Positions 10,530 through 23,744 of a stretch of 64,000 nucleotides of DNA are shown one piece after another. The number at the start of each line of letters is the position of its first letter. Positions within the stretch are counted from its first letter, which is position 1. Below the pieces are notes generated by a model. The model had not been told where the DNA came from, did no database searches, and was given only the letters and a program-made list of their open reading frames with translations. The stretch is taken from positions 20,522,001 through 20,586,000 of the forward strand of contig NC_043010.1 of assembly GCF_006345805.1 (NCBI RefSeq). Reading direction: 5' to 3'. The position numbers and the translations under genes were made by a program. The DNA is from Octopus sinensis (lineage: Eukaryota).

Positions 10530-11330
10530 CATACACACACACATACACATATAAATATATACTTTAAGCACACGTACATATAGAAATATAGACATTTATC
10601 TGCAAGTTTGTACGCACGTGATTGATAATATGTAATGGTATGCACAAAAAGTAATAATTATTTTTTTTGTTTTATTTATCTATTTATTTACTATTTATTT
10701 ATTTGGTAAAATATTAAAACCAACGAACCGCCCCTCGAAACAAACAAGCAAATAAACACCAGTCCAGTGAATTATGTCAGGGGGAAACTGTGCACATCTA
10801 AATGATAACATTTAAAGAAACGAACTCGTTTCCACGCACAATCAATACAAAGTAATTATGTTGATGGGACTATACAAGCAAAATATATAGGTTAGTTTAT
10901 CCACTGGTCAGTAAACATCATCAGTTATTTAGATCACTGTCTAACCGGTACTACGTACACACACATACACATATCTTAACTGAACTCACATTCCCCTTAT
11001 CAAATATTGAAAAGTTCTGTGTTTTAATGGCAGGCCTGTTTGTCCATCAAGTCATTCAATTTTGACTGAGGTTTAATATATGAAATGGTGAAGCTGTTGT
11101 CAGACGAATGATGATAGATCTGCTTACTTAAAATACTACCGGACTGGAGAGCCATGTGTGTGCATACATGTGTGTGTGTGTGTAACTATATTGGAGTAAA
11201 ATGTAGAAGTCATGGTTTTTGTGAAGGTAGTGATATTAGTATTGTTACTGGAGGTGGTGGTGGTGGTGGTGGAGTCGTTGTTAACATATAATATATATAT
11301 TACAATATTACACGTATATATATGTACATA

Positions 11331-11388
<58 letters not shown>

Positions 11389-11477
11389 CATCATTATCAT
11401 CATTTAATATCTGTTGTCCATGCTGGCATGGGTTGGACAGTTTGACCAGGGCTGGTAAGCCGAGGGGCTGCATCAAA

Positions 11478-11519
<42 letters not shown>

Positions 11520-11670
11520 AATTAAGGACTGAACACGAAAAGTGGACAGTCAACATGCTAGATATAGACGTCAAATCGCCATTCACCACAAAAGATTATG
11601 TTCTCAGATCAAACTCAGCACAAAACCATAGCAATAAACAAGTGAAAAATATACGAAATAAAATAATTAC

Positions 11671-11734
11671 CCATGTACTAATTAGTTTCGGCTGTTATTT
11701 TCTGCAAGGAAAACTGCAGCCATCATCAGCATGG
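11671..11734 (-). ncRNA. type I hammerhead ribozyme, family G
   Basis: Reverse complement of the 12079-12142 motif with one stem-II extension mismatch. Confidence 0.85.
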
Positions 11735-12078
11735 TCCGTTATAAATGCAATTTGCTGGACTAGATGCAAACACGATACCGAAATATCGCGTGCATGGAGT
11801 TCAGCCTATTACATTTGAATATATCTTGAATATATCTACTGGTCTTAATTGATAAATATCAATTTCTACCCTTAATTAATTTTATATAAATAAATATGTT
11901 CTCTAACCGATAAATTGACTGCTGCTAATTATTAGCTGCAGGCTAGTTTTCTCGGGCCTCAACGCGCCAAAGTAAAGGCATTTGAAAGATATATTCAAAT
12001 GTAATAGGCTGAACTCCATGCACGCGATATTTCGGTATCGTGTTTGCATCTAGTCCAGCAAATTGCATTTATAACGGA

Positions 12079-12142
12079 CCATGCTGATGATGGCTGCAGT
12101 TTTCCTTGCGGAAAATAACAGCCGAAACTAATTAGTACATGG
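12079..12142 (+). ncRNA. type I hammerhead ribozyme, family G
   Basis: CCATG-CTGATGA-T-GGCTG(cag TTTTCC ttgc GGAAAA taa)CAGCC-GAAA-CTAATTAG-TA-CATGG; GUA triplet with predicted cut after 12137; palindrome ACTAATTAGT. Confidence 0.92.
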
Positions 12143-12589
12143 GTAATATTTTATTTCGTATATTTTCACTTGTTTATTGCTATGGTTTTGTGCTGAGTTT
12201 GATCTGAGAACATAATCTTTTGTGGTGAATGGCGATTTGACGTCTATATCTAGCATGTTGACTGTCCACTTTCGTGTTCAGTCCTTAAATGGTATATATA
12301 AATATTTTAATCTTCGGATTCTTTTTTAATATGCTAGACCACTGGTCTTAATTGATAAATATCAATTTCTACCCTTAATTAATTTTATATAAATAAATAT
12401 GTTCTCTAACCGATAAATTGACTGCTGCTAATTATTAGCTGCAGGCTAGTTTTCTCGGGCCTCAACGCGCCAAAGTAAAGCCAAAGAAAGCATTTGAAAG
12501 ATATATTCAAAGTAATAGGCTGAACTCCATGCACGCGATATTTCGGTATCGTGTTTGCATCTAGTCCAGCAAATTGCATTTATAACGGA

Positions 12590-12653
12590 CCATGCTGATG
12601 ATGGCTGCAGTTTTCCTTGCGGAAAATAACAGCCGAAACTAATTTGTACATGG
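12590..12653 (+). ncRNA. type I hammerhead ribozyme, family G
   Basis: Same motif; stem III reads CTAATTTG; predicted cut after 12648. Confidence 0.85.
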
Positions 12654-12954
12654 GTGGTAATATTTATTTCGTATTTTTTCACTTGTTATTGCTGGTGGTT
12701 TTGTGCTGAGTTTGATCTGAGAACATAATCTTTTGTGGTGAATGGCGATTTGACGTCTATATCTAGCATGTTGACTGTCCACTTTTCGTGTTCAGTCCTT
12801 ATTGGTATATATAAATTTTAATCTTCGGATTCTTTTTTAATATGCTAGACCACTGGTCTTAATTGATAAATATCAATTTCTACCCTTAATTAATTTTATA
12901 TTATATATATATACATATATATACATATATACATATATATGTGTGTGTCTATAT

Positions 12955-13170
12955 ACTCTTTTACTCTTTTACTTGTTTCAGTCATTTGACTGTGGCCATG
13001 CTGGAGCACCGCCTTTAGTCGAGCAAATCGACCCCGGGACTTATTCTTTGTAAGCCCAGTACTTATTCTATTGGTCTCTTTTGCCGAACCGCTAAGTGAA
13101 GGGGACGTAAACACACCAGCATCGGTTGTCAAGCAATGCTAGAGGGACAAACACAGACACACAAACATAT

Positions 13171-13211
<41 letters not shown>

Positions 13212-13378
13212 TACGACAGGTTTCTTTCAGTATCCGTCTACCAAATCCACTCACAAGGCTTTGGTTGGTCTGAGGCTATAGCAGAAGACACTTGCCCAAG
13301 ATGCCAAGCAGTGGGACTGAACCCGGAACCATGTGGTGGGTTAGCAAGCTACCTACACACAGCCACTCCTGCGCCTAT
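12955..13378 (-). mobile_element. SINE family S1, near full length
   Basis: Minus head ATAGGCGCAGGAGTGGCTGTGTG…GGTTCAGTCCC (A and B boxes), followed by the full body. Confidence 0.85.
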
Positions 13379-13396
13379 ATATATACATACATACAC

Positions 13397-13433
<37 letters not shown>

Positions 13434-13438
13434 CACTC

Positions 13439-13474
<36 letters not shown>

Positions 13475-13476
13475 GC

Positions 13477-13540
<64 letters not shown>

Positions 13541-14439
13541 ATATATATATATGCACATATATCTATGTATACATGTATGTATATATGTACACATCATTTT
13601 ACATATTCATCTTATACACACAGGTATAGAAGACACATACACACACATATATAATGTATTTATAATATTTACAAGTATACATATGTGTGTATACATATGT
13701 GCATGTATGTGTGTGACTATGCATATATATATACATACACACATGCACACACATCAATATATAAGATTGTCTCTCTTCTCTTTCTCTCATTCACACACAC
13801 ACACACACGCACCTATATAGTACGCATACAACCATTGGTAGCGGTGGTACCAATAGTTGCTACTGCTGCTGCTGCTGCTACGAACGATGGAAGAGAATGT
13901 GTGGAGGCAAATAGGAAGGAAAAAATATAAATAAAAATAACAAAAAGAAAACAAAACAAAAAATTAGATAATGGAAAAGAAAAATATAAAACAACAACAA
14001 AAAAAGCCCAAACAAACGCCCCTCCCCCACACCAAATCTGTTTGGTAATATGTAAGTAGCGAGAAGTAAATGCTTGAACTGGTGCCAAGTATTTTTATTG
14101 TCTTGACAGAGAACATTGGGTTTGAAACCTGGATTGCTTCATTTATTTTTCATTTGTTTTCTTTCTTACTTTTGTTTTTCTGTGTAATTTATGTATGTTT
14201 TTTCTAAATTATCTATTTTTTATTACACAAAAAGCAGTCACATGACCTGTGGTTGTTAGGGTGACTACTTTACATGTTTGCTGTTGTTGTTGTTGTCGTT
14301 GTTGTTTCGCCACAGGTCTGGCCTGAGTGAGCAGATTTATGATCAAAGCTATTAGAGTCGTGACCATTCCATCTATTTTGGAGTATTTAGGACTCTTTCT
14401 TATGTAATGTGGCCTTCTTATTGAAACAACCGGGTGTTC

Positions 14440-14710
14440 ATTATCATCATCATCATCATCAAACTCCGTTTTCCATCCTGGCAAAGGTTGGACGGTTCGA
14501 CTGGGGTCTGGGAAGCCAGGGGGCTGCACCAGGCCCCAGTCTGATCTGGCAGTGTTTCTACAGCTTGATGCCCTTCCTAATGCTAACCACTCTGCGAATG
14601 TAGTGGGTGCTTTTTACGTGCCACTGGCACAGAGACCAGAGGAGCTGGCATCGGCCATGTTCAGACGGTGCTTTTTACATGCTACTGGCACGGCGCTCAG
14701 CAAGTTCAGC
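14440..14710 (-). mobile_element. RTE 3'-UTR-derived repeat (family S2)
   Basis: Matches 34950-35370, including the (GAT)n tail. Other copies at ~9230-9345, 17992-18275, 20340-20720, 25975-26270, 32620-32895, 39440-39775 and 41445-41700. Confidence 0.75.
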
Positions 14711-14929
14711 TGCCATGCAAAGGAACCCCTCATTTGCTTGGTTGACAGAGTAGCAGAAGAATTATAAAAACTTGAGTCAATGCTTCTCAAAGTGGGTAAT
14801 ACCAGCCCCAGGGTGGGAGAAAGTAGAAAATTTTATATCCTAGGGGTCGTGGGTTGGTTGGAGATGATAACTGCATCTGCACAGCTTTTTTAAAATTTTC
14901 ATCTCTAATTTGAATATTCCCTGTAATCC

Positions 14930-15292
14930 TTTATCCATCCCAAATCTTCAACTTGCTTTATGTTCAAACTGGACAGATCCAGCCTCTCACACCTACCCTA
15001 CATTGTCGTTCTAAAAATAAACAATCACGTCATTGAAAACTCGAAGCTACAAGATAATGCATGATCAATTCAAAACAATGTGAATAAATAAGCATTACAC
15101 TTGAAAGACCTAGGGCATGGTTTGAGGGAGATTTGACTGCTATTTCTAACAGGGCTAGCCACTATGTAAAGATCTCCTTTGTTGCTTCATACCTATATTT
15201 CCAATTAGTGTTTAAACCTGCCATATCAAGCCCAAACATTCTGCCAGTTTTGCATTCAAACTGGACATTTTCTGGCTCAAATATGTTCCTTG

Positions 15293-15328
<36 letters not shown>

Positions 15329-16170
15329 CATTATTATTATTATTGCCTTTGTACAGCTTCTAAAGTTGGAGACGTACTAGTGTCAGCTATTCGCTACCAA
15401 TGAACTAAGGTAACACCTTTTATTTCTTGAGCACCTTCCAGCTGTTTTTTGTAAGTGCTCCACCCTTATTGCAACCCCTATTTATTCCATGTACCTCTCA
15501 ACACTTCCCATGACTCTGACAATTATTGGTACAACTGCTACCTTTCTCATCGACCACAGCTGCTTACCTTCCCAAGCTAACCTGTCATATCTCTTGACTT
15601 TTCTTTCTTTCTTATCGCATACCTTGTTGTCAGCTGGGCAAGCTATATCTATGATCCTGTATAGTTTGCTTTCTTTCTCAATTAAGACTATGTCCGGCTT
15701 CCTACTCTCCAGCTCATGGTTGCACTGAATCATAAAATCCCACAGGATCTTTGCATTATCATTTTCGATGATGCCTTCAGGTTTGTGGTTGTACCAATAT
15801 TTTGCTCTGTCAAGTCCATACAGTTTTATGTTCAAACTGGCCAGATTTGGCCTCTCACACCTAACCTACAATGTCATTCTGAAAATAAATAATCACATCA
15901 TGGTTAATTACAAACAATCTGAATAAATAAGGATTATATTTGACAGAGCAATCTGAATGCTTAGAAGTTAAACCAGCCCTAACCAGCCCAAATATTCAAC
16001 CTGTTTTATATTCAAACTGGCCAGATCGGGCCCCTCACACCTTCCCTGCAGTGTCATTCTAAAAATAAATAATCATAACTTGGAAATCTCAAAGCTATGA
16101 GATAACACAGGACTAATGTGAATAAATAAATATTACATTTAACTGAGTAAGGTGAATACCAAAGGGTGAA
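14930..16170. mobile_element. cluster of short MITE-like repeats (…gttttatgttcaaactggccagatc…ctctcacacc…)
   Basis: Related segments at ~14930-15105, 15210-15280, 15825-15970 and 15970-16170. Confidence 0.5.
15345..15830 (-). pseudogene. R4/Dong-type REL LINE 3' fragment
   Basis: WYNHKPE…KILWDF…RKPDIVLIEK…IIDIACP…VVPII; 3' end abuts (TAA)n at 15295-15344. Confidence 0.85.
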
Positions 16171-16199
16171 ATATGAAAACGGCAGTTAAATGTAATACT

Positions 16200-16800
16200 C
16201 TTTTCTACTCTAGGTGCAAGGCCTGAAATTTTTAGGGAGCAGGGGATGATGTGTGGAATCGATTAGATTCCAGTACACAACTGGTGCTTAATTTATCGAC
16301 CCTGAAAGGATGAAAGGCAAAGTCGACCTCAGTGGAATTTGAACTCAGAATGTAAAGACAGATGAAATACCTATTTCTTTACGACCCACAAGGGGCTAAA
16401 CACGGAAGGGACAAACAAGGACAGACAAACGGATTAAGTCGATTATATCGACCCCAGTACATAACTGGTACTTATTTAATCGACCCCGAAAGGATGAAAG
16501 GCAAAGTTGACCTCAGCAGAATTTAAACTCAGAATGTAGCAGCAGACGAAATACTGCTAAGCATTTTGCTTGGTGTGCTAATGTTTCTTTTGAACTCTAA
16601 GCACACAGCCCAAAATTTTGAAGGCAGGAGCCAGTCAATTAGATCGACGCCAGTACGCAACTGGTACTTAATTTATTGATCCCAAAAGGATGAAAAGCAA
16701 AGTCAACCTCAGCGGAATTTGAACTCAGAATGTAAAGACAGACAAAATAAAGCTAAGTATTTCGCTCGGAGTGCTAACATTTCTGCCAGCTTGCTGCCTT
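16200..16800 (-). mobile_element. SINE family S3, tandem or partial copies
   Basis: Repeated GCCTTTCATCCTTTCGGGGTCGATAAAT…AAGTACCAG core (Meta-domain-like, from memory) and B box GAGTTCAAATTC. Other copies at ~19610-19815, 20035-20250, 21945-22440 (two) and 59385-59960 (internal ~180-190-bp triplication). Confidence 0.75.
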
Positions 16801-17259
16801 AGTTGAAAATAATATAATGACAAACTGCTTGTTAGCCACAATAACAACCACATCAACAAAAACGATAGACTTACAAAAGTGAATAAGTAAATAAACTAAA
16901 TATATATGCTTATTATATGTGATTCATAAACAACAGACAATAAAGTATGATTTAAAAGACAATATCAAAATTTACGGCTCTTTCTATTACATGCAATAAA
17001 GGCAGGGAATGTCCCTGACTTGGGTGTTTATATATATATGGTGTATTTAGACTTGCTGAATTATGCAGCAATATTTTGAAAGTGGGTCTTCAAGGAGGAA
17101 TATAAATAAAAGAAAAGGAGTTATAGAATTGGAAGTTTGCGAAGCCCTTCTCATATTATTCCACTTGAGCTCATTTCCAGTTCTATCACACAAACAAAAC
17201 CCCACCACATCCTGATTTAAAAGTTTTCTGTTTTAATTTAGAACCTTCAGTCACGATTT

Positions 17260-17430
17260 TATACTGTTGTCATTGTTTACCAGTAGATAAGGTACACCTA
17301 TGTTGTTGTCATTGTTTACCTGTAGATAAGGTACACCTATGTTGGTGTCATTGTTTACCTGTAGATAAGGTACACCTATACTGTTGTCATTGTTTACCTG
17401 TAGATTGAGTACACCTATATTGTTGACCTT
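17260..17430. repeat. 39-bp minisatellite, ~4.3 copies
   Basis: CATTGTTTAC at 17271, 17310, 17349 and 17388. Confidence 0.9.
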
Positions 17431-19144
17431 GACCTTCAAATTAAATGTGGTTGAGTAGACCTATGATAAAAGGCATTCAATCTCTGACCATCTTACCTTC
17501 TTTCAACCATTTCTGCACCCCAAACCACATTATCCAATAAGTCCCTTCTTTTTAAAGATGGTATGGCATGGTTTGTTAGTGACTTAGGCAGATACTTTTC
17601 TTTCTAGCAAGTGGACCAACCACATAGACATTTCTAAATCATCTTGTCATGAACTGAAAAATGTAAGAGTGCAAAGGTAGTGCTTCCCTTTTTTTTTTTA
17701 TCACTTTCCTTTCACCTGTTTCAGTCAATAGACTGTAGCCATACTGCTGACCATCTACAGTAGCATAATATCGGCTGTGTTATAGGGGCAGATGCTTTGA
17801 ATGCAAAATTCTTTGGCACATAAAATTTAAAATGAAAAAAATAATAAAGTCGTAATAATAGATGAAAAAACAGTTCACCCTCTTCACATTACTTGTTTCA
17901 CCCCAGGCACAGCTCTGTCTACTTTGAGATTCTTGGTAGATTATTATGTTTATTTATTATTTTATGGTCATTGCTAGGGCTGCCGGACTGTCTCAAAAAG
18001 GGATTTTTACGTGCCACTTTGCAGGTGGCACGTAAAAATCCCTTTTTGAGCATGGTCGTTGCCAGTACTGCCTGACTGGCCCTCATGCCGGTGGCACGTA
18101 AAAAGCACCCACTACACTCTCGGAATGGTTGGCGTTAGGAAGGGCACCCAGCTGTAGAAACTTTGCCAGATCAGATTGGAGCCTGGTGCAGCCTTCTGGC
18201 TCTCCAGCCTTCAGTCAAACCGTCCAATCCATGCCAGCATGGAAAGCGGATGTTAAACAATGACGATGACGATAACTGACTTTTTGAGTGTGTGTGTGTG
18301 TGTGCGTGCGCATGTATGTGTGTGTGTGTGGGTGTGTGTATCTGTGTGTATGTGAGCTGATTATAGACAAAAGTCTATATATTGCCAACAATAAAGGGTG
18401 TTGTCTTCTTGCAGTTTTCTGCAAAAGGCATGTTTGGGCAGATCCCCGTTCAATAGATTGATGGATTCTGGACTTGCTTGGAACTGGTAGGGGTGGGAGG
18501 GGGAGGTTGATGTCAGAAAGAGCATCCAGTCAAAGAAAACTCTGTTGTAATGCAGTCTTGTCCTAACACAGGCAAATAGGGAAGAGTAGATATTGAAATG
18601 ACGGTGATGATGACGACAACGACGATGACAATGACGATGATGACAGCAATGACATGAAAGTGTTCTCTCGTTTCTTATAAAACTTTTTATGTCTGCCATT
18701 GTTTTCCAATAAACTCTCCTAATTTTTATTTTCTGAATTTTTCAAATTGTAAAGGTAATTTATGGACACCCTATGCATATACAATGACTGGCTTCTCCAG
18801 TTTCTCTTGACCAAATTCAGCTCAGAGGACATTACTAAGGTCAAGGCCCCAAAGTCGGACAAAGTCAAGGCCACACAGTAGGATAGAACCTGCAAACACA
18901 TGGCTACAAAGACAAACTTCTTAACACCACAGCCATACCTGCACTCATAGAGTTATAGCGAGGATATTTGGTAAGAATCAGCATTTACAGAACCTGGTTC
19001 TTAGAACAAACAACTAAATCAATAAATAGACTTAAAAATAGTGTCATGTTTAGGGGTCCTAGACTGGCAGAATGATTAGAATATCATGCAATATTTAACT
19101 GTAGCCTAACCCTATGATAACAAAAAGGGTTAAAATATATAATA

Positions 19145-19610
19145 GAGAAACAATTCTTAACCCTTTTGATACCAACCTGCCTGAAACCGCCTCTGGCTCT
19201 GTAGTACAAATGTCTTGTTTTCATACGTTTTGAATTAAAATCTTCCACCAAACTTTACTCACAATTTATGTTCCTAACACTAGCTGAATGATAACAAAGT
19301 TATTTTACTAAATTCTTTGTTATATTTAAAATTAATTGAAACAAACATAGAGCGTCTCAACAGATGGAGAAACAATTCTTAACCTTTTTGATACCAACCC
19401 GCCTGAAACTGGCTCTGGCTCTGTAGTACAAATGTCTTGTTTATGTAAGTTTAGAATTAAAATTTTCCACCAAACCTTAGTCACAATTTATGTTCCTAAC
19501 ACTAGCTAAATGATAACTAAGTTATTTTACTAAATTCTTTATTATATTTAAAATTAATTGAAAGAAACACAGAGCATCTCAACAGAAATATGGTAAGAAA
19601 AAGGGTTGGT
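19145..19610. mobile_element. piggyBac-like MITE, tandemly duplicated (~222 bp)
   Basis: TTAA-CCCTTT start at ~19157, repeated near 19378, AAAGGGTT end; the duplication includes the flank GAGAAACAATTCT. Confidence 0.6.
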
Positions 19611-21278
19611 GGTGATCTACCAGAATCATTAGCATACTGGGCAAAATGCTGTGTGATATTTCATTTGTCTTTACGTTCTGGGTTCAAATGCTGCCAGGGT
19701 CACCCTTGCCTTTCATTCTTTCGGGGTCAATAAAATAAGTACCAGTTGATCACTGGAGTTGATGTGATTGACTTAGCCCCTCTCTCAAAATTGCTGGCCT
19801 TGTGCTGAAATTTAAAACCAATATTTAGCTGTAGACCTTAATATTCTGTGTTCAAATCCCACTTAGGTCAGCTATATCTTTTATTGCGTCAGGGTTGATA
19901 TAAAGTAAGCACAATTGGAATATTGGGTGGTAGGTGGTATTGGTGTTGTTGGTGGTGATGTGTGTGTGTGTGTGGGGGGGGGGCAAGATAACAGATTACC
20001 CAAAATCAATGTTTAGACGTTATCGATAGATTATTTGAAGCTGGCAAGTTGGTTGAATCCTTGCTGCCCCGGACAAAATGCTTAGCAGCCTTTCTTCCAA
20101 CTTGACATTGTGAGTTCAAATTGCACTGAGGTCGATTTTGCTTTTCATCCTTTCAGGGTGGATAAAATAAGTACCAGTTGAACACTGGCATTGATCTAAT
20201 CAACTTACCCCCTCCTCTAGAATTGCTGGCATTGTGCTGAAATTTGGAACCGGAGATATGCTGCGCTTGAGAAGACCTGGCGAGCCAAGCAGGACTATAA
20301 CTGTGGCCTATGCCAGTGCAGAATAACCAGTCCATTTAAGAGTACCCTTCAATCCCTGGGCAATAGACTGTGTTTGCAAAGACCTGACTGGTCCCGTGCT
20401 GGTGGCACGTAAAAAGCACCATTCGAGTGTGATCGTTACCAGTGCCACCTAACTGACTCCACTTCCGGTGGCACATAAAAAGCACCATTCAAGTGTGGCC
20501 AATGCCAGCACTGCCTTGGCTGGCTTCTGTGCCGGTGGCACGTAAAAAGCACCCACTACACTTTCGGAGTGGTTGGCATTAGGAAGGGCATTCAGCTGTA
20601 GAAACTTTGCCAGATCAGATTGGAGTCTGGTGCAGCCTTCTAGCTTGCCAGCACTCAGTCAAACTGCCTAACCCATGCCAGCATGGAAAGCGGACGTTAA
20701 ACAATGATGATGATGATGATGACTGGTAGATTATTTTGATCACTGAATGGTTAAGCAATTATCTCCATTTATCTGCACCAGAGCATGGTTAAGTGCATGG
20801 TAACAAGTAATGTTCCATCTATTGCCGATGCACCAGCCCTGACAATGCGTGGAACAAAAGCAGGACATTACCGAAGCATTTGGACTCTGGGTTATTAGAA
20901 CTGTTTAAAGGACATATTCATTTTTGATGATTCCATAGGTATGACAACAAGCACAGGCTGGCATACACACACACACACAAACACACATACACACACATGC
21001 ACACACACTCACACAAACACATACATGCATACACACACATAAACATACACACATGCACAAACACACACTCACACAAACATACACACATGCATACACACAC
21101 AAACACATGCACACTAACACACACAAGCACACACTTAGACACAGACATGCACACACACACACATGTACATAAACACACTCACACACACAAACACACATGC
21201 ACATGAACACACACACATACACAAATACACACACAAACACACACACACTCATGCACACAGATGCACACGAACACATGC

Positions 21279-21312
<34 letters not shown>

Positions 21313-21893
21313 GCACAGACAGAGCAGCAGAGCATACGATGTGGGTTTGTGAGGAAATGTGACAGTGTAATGCTACGACTGCCATCTATCCGGGGGGAAA
21401 ATATCAATGACATCAATATGATTGATCTGCGAGAAACGAGATTCCCTAACGAAGTGAATCTGAAGTATTCACATCAGAGGAAAGAGGAAGACAGGCATTG
21501 AAGAATTAGTTTGTGAGTTTGTAATGAGACCATTAATAATTTAAAAGCTACCAAATTGCTTAATGGAATTTCTGATAGAATTACTAGTAATTGGTTCCAC
21601 TTGGAAACTAACCGTACTGTCTTTCTATCTATTCCACAATCAATTCAGTCTATAATTTACCATCTTGTTTCAGGTTGTTTGGTTCTTTCAGACAGTTGAC
21701 ATATTCTCACGAGCAAAATCTTTGTATTATGGTAAAAAAACAAAACCAAAAACAGACACAATTAAAGACACTCATTAATAAATGAAATCTGTTTTTATCC
21801 TGCAAGGTCCAATTATAGTAAAAGAAAGCCTGCAAGGAATTAGCAGATGTTATTGGACAAGAATATAGTAGTAACCATTTTATAACCATAAGT

Positions 21894-21947
<54 letters not shown>

Positions 21948-22165
21948 TCTTTCTACTAAAAGCACAAAGCCTGAAATTTGGTGGGAAGAGACTACTTGAT
22001 TACATCGACACCAGTGTTTCACTGGTACTAAATTTATCAACCCCCCAAAGGATGAAAGGCAAAGCTGATCTTGGCGGAATTTGAACTCAGAACGTAGCAA
22101 CAGGCGAAATACTGTAAAGCATTTTGTCCAGTGAGCTAACGATTCTGCCAGCTTGCTGCTTTAGT

Positions 22166-22222
<57 letters not shown>

Positions 22223-22434
22223 TCTTTCTACTAAAAGCACAAAGCCTGAAATTTTGGGGAAGGGAGCCAGTTAATTAGATTGACCCCAGTACACAACTGG
22301 TACTTAATTTATCGACCCCGAAAGGATGAAAAGCCAAGCTGACCTCAACGGAATTTGAACTCAGAATGTAGCAGCAGACGAAATACTGCTAAGCATTTAG
22401 TCCAGTGTGCTAATGATTCTGCCAGCTCACTACC

Positions 22435-22478
<44 letters not shown>

Positions 22479-23625
22479 TATAATGTTAATAAGAAGGCAA
22501 AGGTGTGATTGAAAAAAAACACATGTGTTCATTTAAAAGACACTCAAATTAAGTTATATTGTGCTAATAAATACATTGATATGTCCTGGAGGGATGAAAA
22601 ATAAAGTTGAGCTAGGTAGGGTTTGAACTCAGGATGTAAAGGTAAGAAGAAGTTCAGCAAAGCATTTTGCTGTTCCATCTCCTGATGATCCTACCAGATG
22701 ATAGTCATGATGATGATGATGATGTTGATGATGATGATGATGATTATGGTGATGATGATGATGATAATTTCTAATAACGCATCATTGGACACCATAAGGC
22801 ATAACGTTTAAATATTTATGTGCTGAGTGTGTGTGTGTATGTGTGTGTGTGTGTTTGAATGTGTGAGTTTATGTGTTCCAGTGTATGTGTGTCAGTGTAT
22901 GTGTGTATGTGTGAGCGCATGTGTGTCAGTATGAGTGTATGTGTGGGGGGGGGTGAGTGTGTGGGTGTTTGTGTGTGAGTGTAGTGAGTGTATGTATGTG
23001 TGTGAGTGTATGTGTGGGTGTATGTGTGTTTTTGTGTGTGTGAGTAGTATGTAAGTGTATGTGTGTCAGTGTGAGTGTGTGTTTGTGAGTGTAAGTATGT
23101 GTGCATGTGTGAGTGTATGTGTGTCAGTGTGAGTGTATGTGTGAGTGAGTGTGTAAGTGTATTTATGGGTGTGTGTGTGTTTGTGTGTGTGTGAGTACAT
23201 GTGTGTGCATGCGTGTGTCAGTGTGTGTGTATGTGTGAGTGTAGAATGTAAGTGTATGTGTGTCAGTGTATGCGTCAGTGTGAGTGTATGTGTGTCAGTG
23301 TGAGTGTATGTGTGAGTGTGTGTTTGTGTGTGTGTCAGTGAGTGTATGTGTGTGCGTGTGTGAGTATATGTGTGTGTGTATGTGTGAATGAGTGTATGCA
23401 GGGTGTGTGTGTGTGTACATGCGCATGTGTGTGTGCATGCCTATGCATATGAGTGGGTATGTGTTCATTGCATTTGTGCATGCATATAGATGCACCTGTG
23501 CTTTAAGCATGCATGCATAACTCTATAAATGCTTGAAAAGGCATAAAAACGTAAGTGTTGGTTTCTATGAGTGTGCAGACGTGTGGGTATACCTGCATGT
23601 GTGTGTGTGTGTATATATATATATG

Positions 23626-23732
<107 letters not shown>

Positions 23733-23744
23733 ATATATGTATAT

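Larger units (their letters stand above)
11517..12900. repeat. ~503-511-bp HHR-bearing tandem array with inverted 5' segment (family G)
   Basis: ACTGGTCTTAATTG at 11838, 12341 and 12852; 11517-11822 is an inverted partial unit; (TA)n at both outer ends. Confidence 0.92.
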
